From Agathobacter sp. (lineage in GTDB: Bacteria; Bacillota; Clostridia; Lachnospirales; Lachnospiraceae): a DNA stretch of 64,000 bases. The notes under the pieces are model-generated. The model saw nothing but the letters and a program-made list of their open reading frames with translations, was not told the origin of the DNA and made no database searches. Position numbers and translations under genes: made by a program. The DNA lies in contig JAZQQA010000047.1 in the NCBI GenBank assembly GCA_045628825.1, positions 9,577-73,576 of the forward strand, in the 5' to 3' direction. Below, piece by piece: positions 53,587-63,123 of this stretch (its first letter is position 1; every line of letters starts with the position of its first letter).

Positions 53587-55065
53587 CTATTGTTTTTTTA
53601 ATACCTCGCATATGCCAGTAAGCAAATCCGAAGCAAGCAGGGAACGCTTTCCCAAATAACTTGCGGCAACATCCCCAGATAAACCATGAATGTATACCCC
53701 AAGCTCTGCAGCCTCTTTTGTATGAGAAGCCAAAAGTCCTCCGATAATACCAGACAACACATCTCCGCTTCCAGCTGTTGCCATTCCATCATTTCCGGAT
53801 AGATTTACATAGGTCATTCCATAAGGATGCGCAATAATCGTGTGGAAATTCTTAAGTACAACAGTAACATCATATTGATTGGCAAAATCGTTTGCCAAAT
53901 CCACAATATGCTCCTCAATGTATGCAATTGGTTGATTCAAAAGACGTGCCATTTCACCAAGATGCGGTGTGATAACGACCTCAGAATTATGATTTTGCAA
54001 AAGCGATAGGTCTTCTGACACAATATTAAGTGCATCCGCATCCATCACTACAGGGCAAACCGCTTTATCAAGCACCAGCTTTACCATCGCACGTGAAATC
54101 TCACTTTTTCCAATTCCAGGACCAATGACGATCGCATCCACTCCCGCCATAGCATCCAGTAGCATATTGGGATCCAAATAGTCCGTATAGGTGGTAAGAA
54201 CTGCCTCAGGACACAAGGTAAAAATTGCATTCTCATTTTCCTTCGTTGTCACAATACGCACAAGTCCTGTTCCCATACGATATGCTGCATTTGCGCAAAA
54301 AGCAGTATTCCCAGCCATTCCCGGGCTACCAGCAATCACAAGGAGTTTACCGTATGTTCCCTTATTGGAATGTGCATTTCTCTTTGGAAGCAGAGCCAAA
54401 TCACTTGGCTCAAGGCAAGCAAAACGAGGCTTCTTATCGAAAAAGCTGTCTTCCGTAATCCCAATTGGAGACACAATCACTTTCCCACTGGCCTCATTCC
54501 CAGGCCATAACAATTGGCCGAGTTTTTCAAAAGAAAAAGTAATGGTCACATCCGCTTGAAATGCAATTCCAAGGATTTCACCTGTATCCGCTTGAACGCC
54601 AGAAGAAATATCAACAGCAACGCGTTTTCCCTTTCCTTCATTGAGGCGCGCAATCACACTTGCATATGGCTCTGCCACCATACGATTCAGGCCGATTCCA
54701 AACATGGCGTCTACATAGACGTCATAATCATCTAGATTTGGAAGTTCCACTTCCTCATAGTTGTAAGCGCGATAAATGGAAAGCTGTGTTTTTAACAGCT
54801 CACTCTCTTCGCCCTTTTCCGGAAAGTGGATTGCACAACGTATCCCTCTTTGTCGTAAAAGCCTTGCAATGGCCACGCCATCTGCACCATTATTTCCCAG
54901 TCCGCATACAATAAGAACCGCTTCCACATGCTCATAAACGCAAAGAAGCTCCTTCACAAAACCTTGCGCCGCCTGTTCCATTAGCACAATGCTAGGAACA
55001 GCAAAATGCGACGAAGTATTCTGATCTAGAAGCTTCATTTCTTTTCCTGTTACAAGATACCTCAC
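53587..55065 (-). CDS. nnr: Bifunctional NAD(P)HX epimerase/dehydratase
   Basis: LME.A, GNNGADG, DAMFGIG, DADALN, TPHLGEM, AGSGDVLSG. Confidence 0.93.
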   Translation of the reverse strand: MRYLVTGKEMKLLDQNTSSHFAVPSIVLMEQAAQGFVKELLCVYEHVEAVLIVCGLGNNGADGVAIARLLRQRGIRCAIHFPEKGEESELLKTQLSIYRAYNYEEVELPNLDDYDVYVDAMFGIGLNRMVAEPYASVIARLNEGKGKRVAVDISSGVQADTGEILGIAFQADVTITFSFEKLGQLLWPGNEASGKVIVSPIGITEDSFFDKKPRFACLEPSDLALLPKRNAHSNKGTYGKLLVIAGSPGMAGNTAFCANAAYRMGTGLVRIVTTKENENAIFTLCPEAVLTTYTDYLDPNMLLDAMAGVDAIVIGPGIGKSEISRAMVKLVLDKAVCPVVMDADALNIVSEDLSLLQNHNSEVVITPHLGEMARLLNQPIAYIEEHIVDLANDFANQYDVTVVLKNFHTIIAHPYGMTYVNLSGNDGMATAGSGDVLSGIIGGLLASHTKEAAELGVYIHGLSGDVAASYLGKRSLLASDLLTGICEVLKKQ

Positions 55066-55682
55066 TTTTTATCCTCCTGCTTTTCACCATCATCCAGGCC
55101 CTGGTCAAAGGCGATATCAAAAAGATCAATCACTTCATGTCCGAAAATATCATGCAAATACGCATATATCTCTCGGTTATTGATATCTCGATTCTGCTTG
55201 CGTATGATATTTTTCTTCAGGTCTACGCGCACCTGGGCAATCCATGCCTCAATTTCCTTTGCCTCTTCTGCATTCACCTTAAGCTTCTCATAGAAGTAAT
55301 CCATAGAAAGCAGCATAAGCTTTTCGTTGGTTGATGCAATGAGCTTTGGGAGTTCCATAAGTTCATCTTCCCCCTGCTCAATGCGTTCATTCACCTCATC
55401 AATCATCTTACGGTCTTCGGACATACTCTTGTCTCTAGACGCCTGGTCAATTTCCTCGTCCATATTCGCCATGATAGAATCCATAAGCTTTGACTTGAGA
55501 TGCTTTAAATCCTTTAATTCATTGGTAAGTTTCCCTTGTTTTGCAAGAAGCGCACTTAATTCTGCTTCCACCTCTTTAATCTCATCTGTTTTTCCATGAA
55601 TGGCAAAAAGACGGTGCCACTTCTGGTCTAAAATGAGTATTGGAATTTTCTTTCCCTGTAAAGCAGCTAGATAATCAGACAT
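55062..55682 (-). CDS. Conserved coiled-coil hypothetical protein
   Basis: 206-aa heptad-rich ORF tightly packed between rex and nnr. Confidence 0.8.
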   Translation of the reverse strand: MSDYLAALQGKKIPILILDQKWHRLFAIHGKTDEIKEVEAELSALLAKQGKLTNELKDLKHLKSKLMDSIMANMDEEIDQASRDKSMSEDRKMIDEVNERIEQGEDELMELPKLIASTNEKLMLLSMDYFYEKLKVNAEEAKEIEAWIAQVRVDLKKNIIRKQNRDINNREIYAYLHDIFGHEVIDLFDIAFDQGLDDGEKQEDKK

Positions 55683-55685
55683 AGA

Positions 55686-56315
55686 TTAGTTATTTCCTCG
55701 AACAATATTATAGCTCAACTGCATCAAGCTATCCGACAAATGAACATTTTCTACAATTACAGATGGATCCAAATCCAAATCCACATGAGCAAAATTCCAA
55801 ATCGCACGAACTCCATAATCTACAAGAGAACGCGCAACATCTGGAGCAGCATCCTTAGGAATGGTAAGCGCTGCAATATCTACCTTATGGCTCTTGCAAT
55901 ACTCTTCCAACTCATCCATATGATATACATTCACATCACGAACCTTGGTTCCTTTTAATGCTGGGTTTAAATCAAACAAAGCAGTAATTACAAATCCACG
56001 CTTTTCAAACTTTGCATAATTGGTAAGGGCCTGTCCTAAATTACCAGCTCCAACCACAATAATATTATGTCTTTGATCAAGACCTAATATCTTACCAATT
56101 TCATCGTACAAATACTGCACATTATATCCATAGCCCTGCTGACCAAATCCACCAAAGTTGTTGAGATCCTGTCGAATTTGGGATGCAGTAACCTTCATAA
56201 GACTACTCAAATCATTGGAAGAGATACGTTCTACGCCTTCATCTAACAAGTCTCCCAAATATCTATAATATCGAGGCATTCTTCGAATAACTGCCTGAGA
56301 TATTTCCTTTTCCAC
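55686..56315 (-). CDS. rex: Redox-sensing repressor Rex
   Basis: RR.PRYYR, SQIRQDL..FG.FG..GYGY, GAGNLG; GTG start with GGAGG RBS. Confidence 0.96.
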   Translation of the reverse strand: MEKEISQAVIRRMPRYYRYLGDLLDEGVERISSNDLSSLMKVTASQIRQDLNNFGGFGQQGYGYNVQYLYDEIGKILGLDQRHNIIVVGAGNLGQALTNYAKFEKRGFVITALFDLNPALKGTKVRDVNVYHMDELEEYCKSHKVDIAALTIPKDAAPDVARSLVDYGVRAIWNFAHVDLDLDPSVIVENVHLSDSLMQLSYNIVRGNN

Positions 56316-56337
56316 GATTGTGTCCTCCAAAATGTTT

Positions 56338-56414
56338 TTGACAATAAAATAACAATATATGTATTTATTATAGTTTTGTTCCATAGCGCTGTCAATGTGT
56401 TAAATATTTATCAG
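56338..56414 (-). promoter_or_regulatory. rex promoter flanked by two Rex boxes
   Basis: TTGACA(56395-56390)-17-TATAAT(56372-56367); TTGTTAT-N4-TTGTCAA (56338-56355, minus strand) and GTGTTAA-N4-TTATCAG (56397-56414). Confidence 0.8.
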
Positions 56415-56417
56415 GAC

Positions 56418-56445
56418 AAAAAAGAGGGCAGATTGCTCTGCCCTC
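56418..56445 (-). terminator. Terminator after icd
   Basis: GAGGGCAGA-N4-TCTGCCCTC plus T6 on the minus strand. Confidence 0.85.
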
Positions 56446-56464
56446 AAGGTATTTCATTATATCA

Positions 56465-57673
56465 CTATAATAATTTTTCAAGTTCGACACGAATTGCCTT
56501 AATAAAGTCTGCAGAATTAAGAACAGTTGGATTCTCAATCGTAGTAATGAGCGCCAAGTCCTTCGTCATCTTTCCAGACTCAATGGTTGCGATACAAGCT
56601 TTCTCAAGTGCATCTGCAAAACGAACAAGATCTGCATTCTGATCCAATTCACCACGCTTTCTAAGCGCTCCTGACCATGCAAAAATTGTTGCAACAGAAT
56701 TGGTACTTGTCTCTTCACCCTTCAAATGCTTGTAATAATGTCTTTGAACAGTACCATGCGCAGCTTCATACTCATAGTATCCATTTGGAGAAACCAAAAC
56801 TGAGGTCATCATAGCAAGTGAACCAAACGCAGATGAAATCATATCTGACATTACGTCTCCATCGTAGTTCTTACATGCCCAGATAAATCCACCCTCTGAC
56901 TTCATAACACGAGCAACCGCATCATCAATCAAGGTGTAGAAATAGGTAATTCCAGCCTTTTCAAATGCTTCCTTGTAATCACGATCAAAGATTTCCTGGA
57001 AAATATCCTTAAAGGTGTGGTCGTATTTCTTAGAAATGGTATCCTTTGAAGAGAACCATAAATCCTGCTTAATATCCAATGCATATTTAAAGCAGCTATG
57101 TGCAAAGCTCTCAATAGAATCATCTAAGTTATGCTGTCCCTGGATGATTCCAGCGCCCTTAAAGGAATGAATCAGCTCACGTACTTCTGTTCCATCCTCA
57201 GCAGTATAAACAAGCTCAGCCTTTCCTGGTCCAGGAATCTTCATTTCGCTTGCCTTATATACATCACCATAAGCATGTCTTGCAATGGTAATTGGCATCT
57301 TCCAGGTCTTTACATTTGGCTCAATGCCCTTAACAACGATTGGAGCACGGAATACAGTTCCGTCTAACATCGCACGGATGGTACCATTTGGACTCTTCCA
57401 CATTTCCTTCAAATCATACTCTGTCATACGTGCTGCATTTGGTGTAATGGTTGCACACTTAACAGCAACACCATACTTCTTTGTTGCGTTGGCAGAATCT
57501 ACCGTCACCTGATCATTGGTACGATTTCTCTCCTCAAGCCCAAGGTCATAATACTCTGTATTCAACTCAATAAATGGAATCAAAAGTTCATCCTTAATCA
57601 TTGCCCAGAGGATTCTGGTCATTTCATCTCCATCCAGTTCAAGCAAGCCAGTCGTCATTTTAATTTTTTCCAT
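56465..57673 (-). CDS. icd: NADP-dependent isocitrate dehydrogenase
   Basis: [38 protein letters not shown]. Confidence 0.97.
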   Translation of the reverse strand: MEKIKMTTGLLELDGDEMTRILWAMIKDELLIPFIELNTEYYDLGLEERNRTNDQVTVDSANATKKYGVAVKCATITPNAARMTEYDLKEMWKSPNGTIRAMLDGTVFRAPIVVKGIEPNVKTWKMPITIARHAYGDVYKASEMKIPGPGKAELVYTAEDGTEVRELIHSFKGAGIIQGQHNLDDSIESFAHSCFKYALDIKQDLWFSSKDTISKKYDHTFKDIFQEIFDRDYKEAFEKAGITYFYTLIDDAVARVMKSEGGFIWACKNYDGDVMSDMISSAFGSLAMMTSVLVSPNGYYEYEAAHGTVQRHYYKHLKGEETSTNSVATIFAWSGALRKRGELDQNADLVRFADALEKACIATIESGKMTKDLALITTIENPTVLNSADFIKAIRVELEKLL

Positions 57674-57699
57674 GAATATTCTCCTTCTTCTCAAGTAAT

Positions 57700-58359
57700 C
57701 TATTTACAAATATTATCCCAACCAACCAGGTCCATATTACGCTTTGTGCTTGCAATATGCTCTCTTGCACACTTCTCTGCCTCTTCTGCATTATGGTCAC
57801 GAAGTGCCTGTAGTACAAGACCATGCTCTCTGGTAGAAGCCTCCACTCTCTTAGGATCTGCAAGGGTTACTTTTCTTGCTCTTGCAACATACTGATGATA
57901 ATCCTTTAAGACATGCTCTAACTCTTTACTTCCACAAGCCTCGTACAAAATGATATGAAAACGATTATCAAGTTCCAGTACCTGAGAATAATTTCCTTTT
58001 TTTGCATGGAATTCACATAGAAATACATTTTCTTCTAGCTCAGCAAGCTGCGCCTCAGAGATATTACTTGCAGCCCATTTTGCTGCCAGACCTTCCAGAT
58101 AAGAACGAATCTCGTAAATATCCTTGATATCCTTTTGGGTAACTCCAACAACGAAAGCTCCACGATTTGGTATGATATTAACCAGACCTTCAAGCTCTAA
58201 CTGTCTTAAAGCCTCGCGGACAGGAGTACGGCTTACGCCCATCTCATCCCCAATCTGTTTTTCCTTTAATTCTTCATCTACATCATATTCACCAGCAAGG
58301 ATGTCATTTCTAAGCTTGTGAAACACCTTGCTTGATAATGAATAACTATCTTCACTCAT
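57700..58359 (-). CDS. GntR (FadR/FCD) family regulator
   Basis: [26 protein letters not shown]-domain. Confidence 0.92.
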   Translation of the reverse strand: MSEDSYSLSSKVFHKLRNDILAGEYDVDEELKEKQIGDEMGVSRTPVREALRQLELEGLVNIIPNRGAFVVGVTQKDIKDIYEIRSYLEGLAAKWAASNISEAQLAELEENVFLCEFHAKKGNYSQVLELDNRFHIILYEACGSKELEHVLKDYHQYVARARKVTLADPKRVEASTREHGLVLQALRDHNAEEAEKCAREHIASTKRNMDLVGWDNICK

Positions 58360-58370
58360 GCCAACGCCCC

Positions 58371-59753
58371 CTATAATACTATGCCAAACTCGTTGCAAGC
58401 ATCTGTAATCTTAACCACAAGTTCGTTATCGGTAATAACAGTAACACGGCCTTCTTCGTATTCCTTATCAACCCACTCTTTCACCTTTACAACAACTGGT
58501 GATGACTTATCAATTTTGCGCTCCTCAGGCAAATGATAATAAACATTAATCCAATGGGCAATTCCTGCCAATCCTGATGTATTGCTAACTGCAACAAGTG
58601 GTGGTCTGTGAAGGAATTTCTCTGTATCAAAGATATTATAGATTTCTTCATTCTTAAGAAGACCATCTGCATGAATACCTGCTCTTGTTACATTAAAGTT
58701 GCTTCCCACGAAAGGTGTTCTGCTAGGCTGAATATATCCAAGTTCCTTTTCAAAGTACTCAGAAAGCTCTGTAATTACAGTCGTATCCATACCATCAAGA
58801 GTACCACGCAGCTGGGCATACTCAAATACCATGGCTTCAAGTGGCGTATTACCGGTACGTTCACCAATACCAAAGAGCGAACAGTTGACACCTGATGCAC
58901 CATAAAGCCATGCAGTCGTAGAGTTGGTAACAGCCTTATAGAAATCATTGTGACCATGCCACTCAATGAGTTCTGAAGGAACACCCGCATGCGTCATAAG
59001 GCCATAAATAATTCCAGGAACACTACGAGGAATCACGGCACCTGGATAATTAACACCATAGCCCATGGTATCACAGGCACGAATCTTAATAGGAATCTTA
59101 TATTCATCCATAAGCTTCATGAGTTCCAGACAGAATGGAATTACAAATCCATAGATATCAGAACGTGTAATATCCTCCAAGTGACATCTTGGGCTAATAC
59201 CTGTCTCAAGACATTCACGAATAACGCCAAGGTACATATTCATAACCTCGCGTCTTGTCATCTTCATTTTGTAGAAAATATGGAAATCTGAGCAGCTGAC
59301 AAGAATACCGGTCTCTTTTAGACCAATCTCTTTTACAAGCTCAAAGTCCTTCTTAGATGCACGAATCCAAGAAGTAACCTCAGGGAACTCGTATCCACGT
59401 TCCAAACACTTATATACAGCATCACGATCCTTCTTTGAATATAAGAAGAACTCACTCTGGCGGATTTTACCATTTGGTCCACCAAGGCGGTGCATATAAT
59501 CATAAATGGTCACAATCTGCTCTGTTGTATATGGCGCTCTCGACTGCTGACCATCACGGAAGGTGGTATCGGTAATCCAGATTTCATCTGGCATGCAGTG
59601 TGGAACGATACGATCATTAAATGCGATTTTAGGAATCTCTTCATAAGGAAAAAGATTACGGAACGTATTTGGCTCACTTACATCAGCCAATTGATAGAAA
59701 TGCTCCTCCAATTGAAGCAAATTAGTTTTGTGATTTACGACTACATTTCTCAT
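58371..59753 (-). CDS. Re-citrate synthase (DRE-TIM, isopropylmalate synthase-like)
   Basis: DTTFRDGQQS, FPEVTSWIRA, RCHLEDITR, EWHGHND match the clostridial Re-citrate synthase as I recall it; co-operonic with icd. Confidence 0.88.
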   Translation of the reverse strand: MRNVVVNHKTNLLQLEEHFYQLADVSEPNTFRNLFPYEEIPKIAFNDRIVPHCMPDEIWITDTTFRDGQQSRAPYTTEQIVTIYDYMHRLGGPNGKIRQSEFFLYSKKDRDAVYKCLERGYEFPEVTSWIRASKKDFELVKEIGLKETGILVSCSDFHIFYKMKMTRREVMNMYLGVIRECLETGISPRCHLEDITRSDIYGFVIPFCLELMKLMDEYKIPIKIRACDTMGYGVNYPGAVIPRSVPGIIYGLMTHAGVPSELIEWHGHNDFYKAVTNSTTAWLYGASGVNCSLFGIGERTGNTPLEAMVFEYAQLRGTLDGMDTTVITELSEYFEKELGYIQPSRTPFVGSNFNVTRAGIHADGLLKNEEIYNIFDTEKFLHRPPLVAVSNTSGLAGIAHWINVYYHLPEERKIDKSSPVVVKVKEWVDKEYEEGRVTVITDNELVVKITDACNEFGIVL

Positions 59754-59769
59754 GCTAAACTCCTACTGA

Positions 59770-59787
59770 ATAATTGTATACAATTAT
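59770..59787. promoter_or_regulatory. Candidate GntR/FadR operator
   Basis: Perfect 18-bp palindrome ATAATTGTATACAATTAT overlapping a minus-strand TATAAT. Confidence 0.7.
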
Positions 59788-59801
59788 ACTTGGATTCTAG
59801 T

Positions 59802-60866
59802 TTAGCCAATTAAAGTAGAAAAGTCAACAACATTTAACATTAATATTTTATCAATCGGAGAAATAGCTCTTCCTTTTCCATCCGTGCCTTCCAAATATTT
59901 TTCTCCCGCAGATTCAAATACCATATAAAGACAACCATCGAACAAGACGATTTCTTCGGAGCAAGGTGGCATTTCAATCTGTAGCGCTGGGTTAGACGGA
60001 TCTGCTGACAAGCTATAAATGTCTTCATATATTTTTAAGAAAGAACTATTTTTTCTACCGTAGGAACAGCTTAAATATACCCTTCCATCCGAATCAAATG
60101 CGATACCCTGCACTTTATTCGGCAATTCATAGGAAGACAGTTTCACTAATTTGTCTTCATTGTAATCATAATGATAAGCCACAGCCTCTCCATTCTTTAA
60201 AGAATGAAAGGTTGCCGTCCATATACGATCATTTTGAAAGGTCAGGCAGGATGGTGTTGTTTCTATTTCATAGGAATCAACCACCTCAGAACAGTCCACC
60301 GTTTTTCCACGATTTTCTATTGCCATAAGCTTTACAAAATCATAAGAGATACGTTCTAAGCTATTTTCATTGGAATTACAGACCCAGACATTCTTGCCAT
60401 CAAAGGTGATGCCTCCCAGGTGGCTCTTTTCATCCATACCAAGCGTCACAAGATATTCTCCTGTCACCTGATCAAATACCATCATTTCACCAAGACATCC
60501 TTTTTCTGATGAGTAAGAGGTGATTAGGAAAAAATCATCGGTTACACAAAGCCCCTGTGGGCACTGCGCCAAACTATAGATAAAATGATTCTCTAAGTCA
60601 GAAACCTTTGTTCCTGGCATTCCAGGAATATGCATGGCATCCAAAAAGGAATAATTTATGTTTTTTAAATGAATGGTATTGCCATCTCTTGATGCAGACG
60701 TGGAATAGCGATAGTTTTCCACATTCTCGTAGCAGTCAATTCCTAACACAGAAACTTCCTGAGAAGAATTACTCTCCTCAGGAAGTCTGTAATCAATATT
60801 TTGAATTACTACCACAAGAAGCACTGCAAGAACAAGAACCGTAAGGCTTTGCCACAGTTTCTTCAT
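59802..60866 (-). CDS. Secreted or membrane-anchored hypothetical protein, probable beta-propeller
   Basis: N-terminal hydrophobic helix; repeats PQGLCV, HLGGITF, VQGIAF, SEEIVL. Confidence 0.7.
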   Translation of the reverse strand: MKKLWQSLTVLVLAVLLVVVIQNIDYRLPEESNSSQEVSVLGIDCYENVENYRYSTSASRDGNTIHLKNINYSFLDAMHIPGMPGTKVSDLENHFIYSLAQCPQGLCVTDDFFLITSYSSEKGCLGEMMVFDQVTGEYLVTLGMDEKSHLGGITFDGKNVWVCNSNENSLERISYDFVKLMAIENRGKTVDCSEVVDSYEIETTPSCLTFQNDRIWTATFHSLKNGEAVAYHYDYNEDKLVKLSSYELPNKVQGIAFDSDGRVYLSCSYGRKNSSFLKIYEDIYSLSADPSNPALQIEMPPCSEEIVLFDGCLYMVFESAGEKYLEGTDGKGRAISPIDKILMLNVVDFSTLIG

Positions 60867-60886
60867 GTATCCTCCAAAAATTACAA

Positions 60887-62977
60887 TTACTCTTCAATCT
60901 CAACAAGCTTACTCTTGCGTGCCTCGATTTCTTTTGCAGCTACTTCATCTGGTGCCTGCTCATAACGAGCAAATTCATAAGAGAACTCACCGCTACCACT
61001 GGTCATAGAACGAAGAACTGTATTATATCCAAATAGTTCCAGCATAGGAATATCTGCAACGATTTCCTGTGCGCCACCCTCTACTGGATTCATTCCCATA
61101 ACACGTCCACGGCGCTTATTCAAATCGCCCATAACATCGCCCGTATATGTATCTGGAACTACAACCTTAAGTGTCGCAATTGGCTCAAGGAGTACTGGAC
61201 TCGCTTTAAGGAAGCCTTCCTTAAATGCCTGCTGTGTTGCAACCTTGAATGCCAGTTCAGAAGAATCTACTGGATGATAAGATCCATCATAAAGCACTGC
61301 CTTTACACCAATAACTGGGTAAGCAGCAAGAGGTCCCTTCTTCACTGATTCTGAGATACCCTTTTCGACTGCTGGGAAGAAGTTTTTTGGAACTGCACCA
61401 CCAACAACAGTCTGCTCAAATACATAAGGAGTATCCTGATCGCCAGAAGGCTCGAAGGTCATTTTAACATGTCCATACTGTCCGTGTCCACCAGACTGCT
61501 TCTTATACTTATACTCTACATCTGCCTTCTTGCGTAAGGTCTCTCGAAAAGCTACCTTTGGTCTGGTAAGCTCAATATCAACCTTGTACTTTTCAAGCAA
61601 AATACTCTGAACCACTTCAAGATGCTGATCACCCATACCATAAAGAAGAGTCTGGCCATTTTCTGCATCGTTTACATGACGAAGTGTAAGATCTTCCAGT
61701 AAAAGTTTCTGGATTGCCTGACTAATCTTATCCTCATCTCCCTTATTCTTTGCCTTATAACGCATAGATACGTATGGCTTAGAAATATTTGCACGAAGAT
61801 ATGCAACTGGAGTTGACTTTGTAGAAAGAGTATCCGTTGTCAATGTATTTGCAAGCTTTGCAAGAGCGCCAATATCACCTGCGTGAAGCTCAGGTACTTC
61901 TTCTACCTTACTACCGCGAATGACATAAAGCTTACCAATCTTCTCTTCACAATCTCTATGATAGTTGAAAAGAACATCGTCTGACTTAAGTACACCAGAA
62001 TTCACTTTAATTAATGAATACTTTCCAATATAAGGGTCTACCAATGTCTTAAATACATAAGCAGACTTTGCCTTAGCAAAATCATAATTCGCATCGAATA
62101 CTTCATTTGACTTTGTTAAGATACCAGCACATTTACGCTTCTCTGGGCTTGGAAGATACTTCACAATATCAGTAAGAAGTGTAAACTGTCCTCTTGCCAT
62201 GGTATTTGAACCCATAAGAACAGGAACAATAGAGCCATCAATTACATTCGAACGAAGCGCCTGACGGATTTCATCTTCTGAGAATTCATCTCCGTTAAAG
62301 TAACGATCCATGAAATCCTCTGAAATCTCTGCAACAGATTCCATAAGAGCTTCTCTACAAATACCAAGATTTTCAAACGAATAATCTGGCATATCTGATT
62401 TATCTACACCGCCGGATGCATTCCATCTCTTTGCCTTCTGCTGAATAACATTTACATATCCAACAAACTGACCATTTTCACGAATCGGAAGATGGAATGG
62501 AGCAATCTTCTTGCCATATAAGCCCTGAAGATCTTCTACAACCTGACGGAAGCTTGCATTATCAATATCCATATCGGTTACAAAGAACATTCTTGGCAAA
62601 TGATACTTCTCACAAAGCTGCCAAGCCTTCTTTGTACCAGTTTCAATACCGCTTCTTCCACTGACTACAATAATTGCTGCATCTGCAACACTAACTGCTT
62701 CTTCAACTTCTCCAACAAAATCAAAATAACCAGGTGTGTCGAGGATATTAATCTTGGTATCCTGCCATGGAATTGGAACTACCGTTGTATGAATGGAAAA
62801 AAGACGCTTGTTCTCTTCCTTGTCATAATCGCTGATGGTGTTTCCGTCCTGAATCGTCCCCATTCGATTCGTCACCCCAGCGAGGTAAGCCATCGCTTCT
62901 ACCAATGATGTCTTACCGCAACCTCCATGGCCTAGTAAAACCACGTTACGTATCCTGTCCGTTGTGTAAACATTCAT
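60887..62977 (-). CDS. Elongation factor G paralog (EF-G2-like)
   Basis: GHGGCGKT, DTPGY.DF, KKQSGGHGQYG, DGSYH.VDSSE; not in the str operon. Confidence 0.92.
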   Translation of the reverse strand: MNVYTTDRIRNVVLLGHGGCGKTSLVEAMAYLAGVTNRMGTIQDGNTISDYDKEENKRLFSIHTTVVPIPWQDTKINILDTPGYFDFVGEVEEAVSVADAAIIVVSGRSGIETGTKKAWQLCEKYHLPRMFFVTDMDIDNASFRQVVEDLQGLYGKKIAPFHLPIRENGQFVGYVNVIQQKAKRWNASGGVDKSDMPDYSFENLGICREALMESVAEISEDFMDRYFNGDEFSEDEIRQALRSNVIDGSIVPVLMGSNTMARGQFTLLTDIVKYLPSPEKRKCAGILTKSNEVFDANYDFAKAKSAYVFKTLVDPYIGKYSLIKVNSGVLKSDDVLFNYHRDCEEKIGKLYVIRGSKVEEVPELHAGDIGALAKLANTLTTDTLSTKSTPVAYLRANISKPYVSMRYKAKNKGDEDKISQAIQKLLLEDLTLRHVNDAENGQTLLYGMGDQHLEVVQSILLEKYKVDIELTRPKVAFRETLRKKADVEYKYKKQSGGHGQYGHVKMTFEPSGDQDTPYVFEQTVVGGAVPKNFFPAVEKGISESVKKGPLAAYPVIGVKAVLYDGSYHPVDSSELAFKVATQQAFKEGFLKASPVLLEPIATLKVVVPDTYTGDVMGDLNKRRGRVMGMNPVEGGAQEIVADIPMLELFGYNTVLRSMTSGSGEFSYEFARYEQAPDEVAAKEIEARKSKLVEIEE

Positions 62978-63123
62978 GTAAAAACCCTCCCGAAATAATA
63001 ATATAGTTATATTTTATATAAATTTGTCCGATTTTTCAATGGCTTTGTGCAAATTAACAAACTATTTGACCTCACAATAAAATTAAGTAAAATAGACTTA
63101 TACCATGAAAGAAGGATGAACGA

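Noticed and set aside
63015..63062. CodY- or Rex-like motifs between the EF-G paralog and tyrA
   Set aside because: Too many mismatches or wrong spacing.
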